In this document: in pieces, positions 53,571 through 64,000 of the stretch | Layout of the letters: every line of letters begins with the position of its first letter | Numbering within the stretch: the first letter of the stretch is position 1 | Source: Ruditapes philippinarum | Lineage: Eukaryota | Length of the DNA: 64,000 nucleotides | Assembly (NCBI RefSeq): GCF_026571515.1 | Contig: NW_026861528.1 | Span: 1 to 64,000, forward strand | Direction of reading: 5' to 3' | Position numbers and translations under genes: made by a program | The notes under the pieces: model-generated | Told to the model about the DNA's origin: nothing | Seen by the model: only the letters and a program-made list of their open reading frames with translations | Database searches by the model: none

Positions 53571-54021
53571 TGTAAATATTGTTTCCCTGTTTAATGAATA
53601 TTTGTATATATTAATGCCATACTCAGAACACTTAAATCTGACTAGTTACATGTATGTGTATTCAAATCATAAGTAAACACAAACTATGTTCTGAAAAAAA
53701 GGTGAACACACAAAAAAGGTGAATTTTTATTACCAGATTTTACTATCCGAAATACCTATATTCCGTTCATTGTCCGAAACCTATACAACTACGTAAACAT
53801 CCGATTTCCAAACAAACCAAAGCTAACCAACACTACCTAACGATAGGAATCAATACAAATATATAAAAGTGAAATACCTACAGAGTTATAAATAGACGGT
53901 CCACAAAATATGTTTTTACCTTTAAGATAAGGAATGCACAGGAGGCAGCCATTTCCAGCGTGTGCCAGGCCCGATAATGAAATGGTAAGGGCAGGTAACC
54001 CAGGCTATGTGTAATTTACTT

Positions 54022-54126
54022 GATACAGTTCATATGCCGATGGATACAGTTCATATGCCGATGGATAAAGTTCATATGCCGATGGATACAGTTCATATGC
54101 CGATGGATACAGTTCATATGCCGATG
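54022..54126. repeat. 21-bp tandem repeat x5
   Basis: gatacagttcatatgccgatg. Confidence 0.9.
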
Positions 54127-56729
54127 AAGTCATTTAAACAAAAACATGTGATCATAGAAGTTTGTAAGGTTTATAAAGAGGAATAAATTGATTATGCGTT
54201 ACATATAGGATTAATTAATTATATGTATGCATTTCAGTACCAGCTGGAGCATACAATTTACCATAGATTTTGACCACAGACGAACGAGTTTTACTTACCA
54301 CAGCTAATTCCTACTAAATCGGATTTTTAAATTGAAACAAAAATGTTTTTGAACTTGGACCTTTTGCACACAAATGGCAACATATTCAACCAATATTTTA
54401 TTATATTATAATATTAAATTGCATTCTTATGTACAGTAATTGATAGTGACACCACTGCGTACTTTCCAGAAATTTCAAATCATTGATACCAATGCTATAA
54501 AGATGATTAAATAAATTTCGACAAGGTTATAATGAATTACTTACAATATTATCTTGAAAATATATATCATATTGTTTATATTTTACGCCTTTGAAACATC
54601 CAAATGAAATAGTAATGGGTATAGGTACATGTTCAGGTGTGATATCGTAAAAATAAGTACTTGAAATGAAGTGGAATCAACAACTACAAATATTCAAGTG
54701 TGATTATGCTCCATGTTTTATTGTAAAGGACAAATATAAATCTTCCTAAAAATATGAAAAGGCTGCCCCATTTTATTTACTTTTTTATTTTTATTTTATT
54801 TATCGTATGGATATTTTTAGAAATTCGTCGAACCACTATTGTTATCCATCGTTTTTGCAATGTATATAATAATGTAGTTTAAAGGATTTATGGAAAATTG
54901 TTAAGTTATTTTGACCTTCACCTATTCACTCACTATATTTCCTTGGATGCTACAGATCTACAAACTTGTCATACATTTGGATTGGATGACTTGGGCATGG
55001 ACAGTAAATTTAGTTCCGTTCATCAACAGGCTCAAATAAAACTGAGCCTGTAACATTTTCAATGTTTCCATTTTTGACGTTCATAAGGGATTATTTCTCT
55101 TTATTTTATTTGTCTTATTTCTCTTTTCCATGAAAAGCTCAATCAAAAAGAGACGGCATTGGCTTGGGATTCTTTATTGTTTCCGTTTTTCTCTATTTCC
55201 ATTTTCATTTACAATCAAGTCGGTAGACTGGCACAATTTTTCCCTTCTTACAAACAAAATTATTAAACATTTTGGCAATTGCGGATGTTACTCTTTAGTT
55301 TTATAATATACTGCCTGCTCTTTTCTAATATCTACGTAGCATACAATGGTAATTTGTTGTTATTTTGTAAGAATAAGATAAACAAAATCAACAAGGAAAG
55401 GTGGCAGTCAATGAACGCAACCCCACACGGCCAAGCAACAAGAACCAGTTGCAAGATTGTAAAAGATTTGCTCCAGTTCTATGAAATTTCATTTTAATTC
55501 CTACATGTGTGTAGGAGATATGCTCCGGAAACAATTGGTCTTTGGTCTGTCCGTCCATTTTTCATGGTCGTTCCTGTATTACGACCATTAGTTCAAACGA
55601 ACGTATAAAAATGAGCATAATGTCAGTATAACATCTATAGGCATGCAAGCACACGCTGATACATCATTAGGGACTCTTATTCACATATGGAAGTTTATTT
55701 GCTCTACATGTTTTCATCTTTTTACAATTTTACTGTGCAGTATTAAAAGAATAACTGCACTGACTTCTGGAAATAGTGTTTACAAAAGTTATATAACCTT
55801 ATTTCCCATGGAACCGTTATTTAAAAAATCTTTGATGATTTTGAAATTACTAACGAAACTATGTTATTTATGGTCGAATATTTATTGAAAATACTTTCTA
55901 CGAAGGCTATAAACTAGAAGATCCTCGCTTCTGGCCAAAATTCACGCGTTGCAGACAAGCTTTATTTTCAAGTCATTGTTTATGTTTAAGAAATTGCATG
56001 AAATGATGTTTACGTTTTAAAGAAATTTTAAAGAAGTTAAACGGTATACGTGATGCTTGACAAATTTCATATTCAATAGATAAACAAACGTTGTGAGATT
56101 ATGTGCATCGTAAAAAGCTTCGTCAACCATCAATATATATACTTTGTCATTAAACGTGGTGTTGCTACATTGTGAGACTGACTTATTCTTAAAACTGAAA
56201 AGTCAAATTTTACCGGTTGGTTGAGTGTTTCATCGTATTCGGAAAATATAGAGGTGAGTAATAATAAAACTGTAAGAAAAGTTAGGAGTAAAATAAGTCG
56301 GATTAAAGACCCTACATGAGATATTAAAGGTATTTATCATTATTTATGTTAAAAAGGATCAAATTCAAAGTAAAACCATGACTCTCAAGATCCCAATATT
56401 CGAAAAATCAAAAACTGATCTTATTGAGAAAATTATACAAGAATTTCAAGTGTTTTGAAGTTTTCTTAAAAATTGTATTTGAATCATTTGAAGACAATAA
56501 AAAGGGAATGAATTGTTTTGTCAACAGTCGGACAATACTAGTCAACTTATTTTATAATTTGAAATACCTCATTGATAGATAATATTGTAAAATAACGAAT
56601 AGATGGTATGAAATAATAATTCTTTAATTTGCTCAAAATTTCTTCACAAAAAATGTAATTAATATATATAGTGTAATATGTATAAGTTTATATTATAGAA
56701 ATTTGTTTTCAGACAAAGGTGGAATGGAA

Positions 56730-59700
56730 ATGGATTCAGTCAAAATTATGCTCGCATTTGTTTCTGCTTTCTTATTCAATGATTGTCAATGGGGCCCTGT
56801 GGGTAAGTGTGCAATTGAGTTTATGCTATTTACCTATAGATTGTGACAAATCGCCACACCAGCTAACGGACATTGCTGTCCAAAATGCAAAGAAGGCAAA
56901 GGTATGAAGAATGAGAAGTTGTTATATCATTCCGCAATATGTTTTGATAAATATTTAAAAAAGACGTTATAAATGTATACAAAGTTATGTTTTCAGTATA
57001 CCAAATTAAGTTTTATCTTGTGAATGGACGATAAATTGAAGTTTAACCATATTAGCTATAATCAAACTTTACTTTTTGTATGCAAAATAAAAACATATGA
57101 AAATTCTCCAAGAAAACGAAATAAAATGTTATAAAATATGTAAGATGCAGAAGTTCGTACATAGAAAGACAGAAAAAATGTAGGTTTAAACTGTCCGACA
57201 AATGTGAGGCTAGAGAGAATGTGTTATCGGGATTATAATGTAAGCACCCTTTTATTCTAAATGAAAGTTCTTTTAAAAATTATATTTCTGTAAAGAGCAA
57301 TAAACATGATTGTTTTGTATAAAGAATTCCAAGTCTGGCCTATAAAAGTACAATATTATTGCATTAATAAGCCAGAATTATTTCCCATATAATCGTACTT
57401 TGGTTTTCAAGAAATGAAAAGTTCAACATAGACGTAGTATTAAGAAATTGCTTTCCATGAATGCCTTTTGAATTGCCTACGAGATATAAAGGTAATAAAA
57501 ACATGACTACCATTTGTATTATATGGCGAGGGATATCAACGAGTTTACTCGTTATTATTCCGAACTCCCCCATTCATACCTACAAGACAAATTGTAGTCT
57601 ATAGTACAAGATATTGTTAACTGGTTAGATACCATTAGTTATTTTTTGCCAAAAGTTTAGTTTACAGATGCGTTCATTGAAAGCCGCCCTATCTCGCTGA
57701 TCTTTGGTTTCATATTTTACAAATAAATAAATATGTTAACTTAAAGTTATTTTCGTAACAGGATACACCCAAATTTAACAACCATAACGTTTCATATCAG
57801 GTGGAAATACAATCTATTCGAGAGAATTCATTTGTAAATAAAAATATTTTACCCGAGTCACTTCACAATTATGAATCACGACTTGATAGAAATGCGTCAT
57901 GTCTTTTGCCATTAAATGTTTTCCACATTAAATCATGTTACACGAGAGGGATCGAGTTCTTGTGATAACTGTCACGGACTTTTGTATAAACTACAAATAC
58001 ATTCGTCAAAATGAAAATATTCATCTTTGAAAAGTCAGTTATTAAGTGCTTTATTAAATTTAAGTGATAACGTCCGCCTTACATCTTGTTTTATTTGTCA
58101 AAACAAATTCATCAGCTATTTTTCATGGCCTCTTGCTTAAAATCTGGTTGTTTTGAATCAATTTCACTAAAAATAATAGGAGACAGATTATACAGTCATT
58201 AAAGGGACTCAACTGAGATTTTTTATTTTACATGAAAGAATTGGAACTAAATATTCGAAATCTATTTGCAATTTGATGTAGGTCAATAGCATTAATTTGT
58301 GTGTACGATAATTTGCTCATATAATAACAAATTGTGACGTGTAATGATAACTTACACAATATCTAAAATGTGTGGCATCTTAAACGATACATCTTTAAAA
58401 CACACACACACCATACGCATGCACGCACGCACACGCACACACACATACGAACGCATGCACACACACACGCACACACACGCACACACACGCACACACGCAC
58501 AAACTGTCAAAGCGGATGAAAAAGAGGCAAAATGTATGTTCAGTATCTATGAGTTGCAAACATTAACAAAGAAGCTGTTGAATCTTCTGGGCAATCTTGT
58601 GACTATAAAGTTGGTGATAAAATTAAGGTAAACATTCCAGACGGGAAGAGCAAAAAAAAGATAGATTGTATTACGTGTACATGCAGAGACGGCGTGCTTG
58701 CTTGTACCAAGATGGTGCTTGTGGTAATTTGTTTTATATTTGTCCATGAAATTGATTTATTTTTAAAATATCATTCTTTTTATCATTGCAAATACATGTA
58801 GTAAATTTACATTATGTTTCATAACATTTTCAATATCATTATTTATGCAATGTAATTTATGTTTATGATTAAGCGCACGTTAAATTTCAAATCCTTAAAA
58901 TGCAAAAAATGGGGGGGGGGTGAATAGCGTTTCAACTTATAATTCGTCAAATTAATTTTGTTATAATTGTATTGTGTTACTCGAAATAATCTTAAAGTTA
59001 ATTGAGTGAAATGATTTTTCGATTAGACTTATAAACAGGAAATATTTCTAGATAGAGTGATAATTATTTGATACAACACAAACGTTTTATAGATAAACAG
59101 ATAATTATTTGTTATGTAATTGGTAAGTGTTGGCAGTTCTTGGCACTTTTGAGTGTTTTTGGAAGTTAGATACTTATTCTTAATCTAACAGAAAAAAAAC
59201 ATATTTATTTGGTATGATAAATATCTTGTTATTCAACACGAAAACAAACTAAATAGTAAGTCAGATAGTTGACGCAATAATTGTGTGATAACGTTGACAG
59301 AAATATGCCACCATAAGAACCTTATTTAATTGACGTCAAACAAATTGAAATAGTCTTTAATGGTGTGAATTCTGTCTAACGTTGGTAGAAAACTGCCAAA
59401 TGCAAAGATTACAACTTCAATGATGAAGCGAAATGTTTTTCAACCTAAAATTTACATTGTTGGTATCTATGTGTGCAAGTGGCCATATAAAGTTTACATG
59501 TCGATGAGACCATATTCATAGGCTATTTGTCATGGCCTCGTGCTTAAAAACTGGTTGTTTTGAAATACTCAAAACAATAGGAGAAAGATTATACAGTCAT
59601 TAAAGGAACTCAACTGAATTTTTTTTTACATGAAAGAATTGGAACTATATTTTCGGAATTTGTTTGCAATTTGGTGTTGGTCAATAGTATTAATTTGTTG

Positions 59701-61018
59701 TACGATCATTTTACTCATATAATTAACACATTGTGACGCATAATGATAACGTTTACAATATCTAAAACATGTAGCATCTTAAACGATTAATCTTCAAAAC
59801 ACACAAACGCACTCACGCGCGCACACACACATACGCACACACACACGCGCACAACGGGTGAAAAAGAGGCAAATACTCTGCAAAATGTACGTTAGGTATC
59901 GATAAGATGCAAACATCCACAAAGAAGCTGTTGGTTCTGCAGGTAAATCTTGTGACTTTGAAGTTGGTGATAGTATTGTGGTGAACATTCCGGACGGGGA
60001 GAGCAAAAAAGATAGACTGTAATACGTGTATGTGCAGTGACGGCGTGCTTGCGTGTACTAAGCTGGCTTGTGGTAATTTGTTTTATATTTGTCCATGAAA
60101 TTAATTTCTTTTTAAAATATTATACTTTTAACCATTGAAATACATGTAGTAAATTTACATTATCTTTCATAACATTTTCGATATCATTATATATACAAGG
60201 TAATTTATGTTTAAAAATTAAGCGCACGTTAAATTTCAAATCCTTATAATGCAAAAATGGTAAATTGGGGGGGGGGAGGCTAAATAACGCTTCAACTCAT
60301 AATACGTCAAGTCAAATTGATTTTGTTATAATTGTATTAACTTACTCGAAATAATCTAAAACTTGATTGAGTGAAATGATTTTTCGATTAGACTTATAAA
60401 CTGGAATTTAATCTTGATATAGCGATAATTAACTGATATTTAAAAAGTAAAAAACACAAACGTTTTATGGATAAACAGATAATTATTAGTTATGTAATTG
60501 GTAAGTGTTGGTAGTTTTGGGCACACTTTTGAGTGTTTTTGAAAGTTAGACAATTATTCTTTATCTAACAGAAAAAAAAACATATTTAGTAAGTCTGATA
60601 AATATCTGTTTTTCAACGCGAAAAATAAATACATAGTAAGTCAGATACTTAACGCGATAATTGTGTGATTAACGTTGACAGAAATATGCCACTTTAAGAA
60701 CCTTATTAAGTTGACGTCCAACAAATTGAAATTGTCTTTATGATGTGAAAACGGTCTAACGCTGGCAGAAAACTGCCAAATGCAAAGATTACAACTTTAA
60801 TGATATACTGGAAAGTTTTTTTCAATCTAAAATATACACTGTTGTTATCTATTTGTGCAGCTGGCCATAAAAAGTTTACAAGTCGATGGGATCATATTCA
60901 ATCAACAAACATAATGAATACATGCAACACAAATCCAAACTAAAACATCTCTTGCATGCACAGGATTTGTATATGTTAACCAATTTGCTTTATTTATGTA
61001 TTTACAGTGGAAGCTTGA
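56730..61018 (+). pseudogene. Gene C: paralog of B with small indels; exons 56730-56901, 59943-60072, 61008-61018, plus a dead duplicate exon ~58590-58723
   Basis: Four 1-2 nt indels in the first coding exon and +1 A in the run at 60005-60010. The corrected exon reads GKSCDFEVGDSIVVNIPDGESKKIDCNTCMCSDGVLACTKLAC/VEA*. Confidence 0.75.
58400..58501. repeat. (CA)/(CACG) microsatellite
   Basis: Directly visible; shorter version at ~59798-59852. Confidence 0.9.
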
Positions 61019-64000
61019 AAATAAATCTCACCAAAGATGCTGACCACAAACGAAAATATGTGAACTTCTATTGCTAATATCTGTTAAATCAAACTTTAAA
61101 ATGAAACTTTTACCTAATTACGGTTTGTTTTATTTACATTTACAGTACATATTTTGAATATTTGAGCATACCCCGTCGTGTACATTCCAGCACCATCATA
61201 GGCGAAAAAAATTGGTATATAAGTAATATAATTGTAAATAAAAAGCTTAATGATCGAATAAAAATGAAAAAGATATAATGTGTCTATATCATGTTGTTTT
61301 GATGATTTATTATTCTTTCACATACAGTGAATGCAAGATAAGGAGGTATAAGAACACGTTTATGTATCATATGCAAGAAATAGAGGGATAAGAATACGTT
61401 TATGTATTGTATGCAAGATACAGAGGAGTAAGTGTACGTTCATGTATTATATGCAAGATAAAAAGGTATAAGAATACCTTGATGAATTATATACCAGAAA
61501 AAGAGGTTAAAGCATACGTTTATGCATAATTTATCTTTAAAGAAAATAGCATTATGCCCATCCAAGGATATACAGTAAGTGAACAGTTGCAATAATTCCT
61601 TTTAATTTTATACGTTATTTCGCTTTAAAGACAAATAACTCGTGTGACCAAAGGTAATATCTATATATAGAGATGTGGGCATTATAGATATGCAAACATG
61701 CAAGAAAGAGAGGTATAAGAATACGTTTATGTATCATGTATAGAATAACAAGAGGTCCAAGATAGCACTAGATCACTCTACTGACCCATCGAACTCATCC
61801 AAGCAATTACCTAGACAAGCATTCTGACCAAGTTTCATGACAGGTGAGTCAAAAATGTGACCACTATGTGTTAACAAGGATTTTCCATATTTTAGCAGTT
61901 TGACCTAGTTTCTGACCCCAGGTGACCCATATTCAAACTTGGCCTAGGAATTTCATCAAAACAAATTTTCAGGCCAATTTTCAGGATCTTTGGGAATATA
62001 TGAACGATATATTACTCTTGTGACCTAGATAATATTTATAAATATCCTTGGAAATGTGCCAACTATGTTCAAATTATGAAAAGAGTGGAACAGTCCTTTT
62101 ATACTTATGATTAAGATGTATGTTATATCCTGAACAATTTTCAATATCAACTGTTGGTAAAACACCATTGTAATAGTCTATTATGTAATATATATATATA
62201 CATGTAGTCAATTCAGCTGAACATAACAATAAAACAAGGGAACATTGTTGCAAAATACGCCCGTCACAAAAGCTTTTGACAGAGTAGTCATGATAATGAC
62301 CATTTGTGTTTCAATACCCTAAAATGATGACTAAATGGTCCAATTCACATTTTCATATTTTTAATCTGAACTTTGGTCCCTGTGTAATGACCTTGACAAT
62401 GGTCTCTTAGACCTGAATATTGCACGCGACACTCTGTCACACAATGATGCACATTTGTGCCAAGCAGTATTAAAACCCCTCTATGCATGTAGAAGATTTG
62501 CTCCGGACAAGCGTTTGATAATGTCCTTTACGCGTGAGTTTGAGTTTTGATCAAGAGAACCTAGCGCTAGACCAGCTTCTTATTGTGGTGAGTATTTCTA
62601 TGAATTTCATTAAATATCCTTCATGTGTGTATATTCGGGACGAAATCTTTATATTTAATCATCTTAAGTGACATTGAGCTTGCATATATTAAGCTGGGTT
62701 ACATGTTTCACATACGTAGTCATGAAATGAAGTTAGTATTTCAATATCTCAGAAAATGATCCCAGTTCACATTTTCATATTTTTATCTGAAATTTGTACT
62801 CTTTGTGTGACCTTGGCCTTAGCCGCAGGGACCTGATTTTTGCATGCAATGCATTTTTGTTCTAGGACAAACGTTTCTCAATGAACTCTTAGTGTGACTT
62901 TGAACTTTAACCTAGAAATCTGGTTAATGCGCGCAACGTTTTTCAAATAGGCCTAAGGTCACTTTAACATTTTCAGGCTTGTAAGCAAACGCTGATACGA
63001 CAAAACGGACTCCTTATTCACAAATGACTGTTTATTAGCTCAAAAATGTTTTTTAAACTTTTTAAAGGATTAAAAAGGTTGCACAGACGGAAGTTATATA
63101 CCATTGAACCGGTATTATTATTTTGTAATTTTTTTAAATACGTATTCGTCATGTCCTGCTATATACCTTGTCATTATACATAGTAAGTCGGACTTATTCT
63201 GGTAATTAATCATTACAATTTGTTGAGTGTTAGATCTTAAAAGACATAATCGGAAAAAAATATAAAGATAAGTAATTAAAATGCAGTAAGAAAAGATAGG
63301 AAAAGTAAAAAAGTTTAGAGAAAGCCCCTTTTATCAAGAGTGAGATACCATATTATTTATCATTTACGATGCTAAAAAAGATCGAATTAAAAGTATAAAA
63401 ATCTCTAAACTGTCCAAAAGTCTCAACATTGAAAATATTGGAAACGGATTATATGGAGAAAATAAAACAAGAAATTCCCTTTTTTTCTTTTTTTTTTTTA
63501 AAAAATCACATGTGGACAAAGGACAATGGAATAAAACAACTGTTTAACCAACAGTCGTTCGATGCTGTGTATTAAACTATTTTTATAATTTGTAGTACAG
63601 GTTGAACGTGATAGGTTGATAGTATTGAAAAATAACAGATGTATGTTATGAAATGCAAATAATTATTTCATAAAGTTATTCTTCAATTTGTTTACAATTT
63701 CATCATAAAGTTCTTATCATGTAGCGCCATATTTTAAGTATGTTTATGTTTTAGAAACTGTTTTAAGACGAGTTTTTTCCACCCGATCGAAATAATTCAA
63801 ATCTAGCTTATGCAAGTGCAATATTATCGCAATTAATCGACGACATAAAGTAACAAGTAGAGATTTTGATGCTAAAGTATCAAGTCGCCGGATAGAAAAA
63901 TGATTGTATTATCATAAATATAAGAAAATATAAGTTTAATGGTTCAAGTTTAAAAAAGAGGAACAATGAGTTGAGAAATATTTGCCACTGAGGCTTGTAA

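Larger units (their letters stand above)
43179..54007. mobile_element. AcademH-type DNA transposon (helicase + transposase), full length but decayed
   Basis: Perfect 9-bp TSD TGTGTAATT (43170-43178 / 54008-54016). Ends TAATCTGGTTCCCAG and rc TAGCCTGGGTTACCTG. Encloses convergent RecQ-like and DDE-type genes. Confidence 0.9.
54975..63850 (+). repeat. Segmental duplication of the gene-B unit (~17765-32860, minus later insertions)
   Basis: Collinear blocks: 17810/55028, 20520/55610, 21391/56730, 23440/57650, 26095/61525, 32350/63130. Confidence 0.9.

Overview
AT-rich, intron-containing animal DNA; the repeat types suggest a bivalve-like mollusc (inference, no database check). Two things dominate. 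(1) A locally duplicated family of small secreted 12-Cys proteins (signal peptide + VWC C-terminal-half-like module + pacifastin-like module). Two genes can be spliced intact (A, minus, 6418-11686; B, plus, 21391-25373), one copy is frameshifted (C, 56730-61018), one is a pseudogene (D, 33968-39526), and two promoter-only ghosts remain. (2) A complete 10.8-kb AcademH-type DNA transposon (43179-54007, 9-bp TSD TGTGTAATT) with convergent spliced RecQ-like helicase and DDE transposase genes; upstream exons on the transposase strand encode a Myb/SANT domain. The rest is dense mobile DNA: an internally deleted LTR element, two 5'-truncated LINEs, an EnSpm-like and an IS3EU-like non-autonomous element, hairpin-ended (Crypton-like) elements, HINE-like repeats, MITEs and tandem repeats. 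No rRNA, tRNA genes or CRISPR arrays are supported. Coordinates were read by eye and repeat boundaries are approximate.
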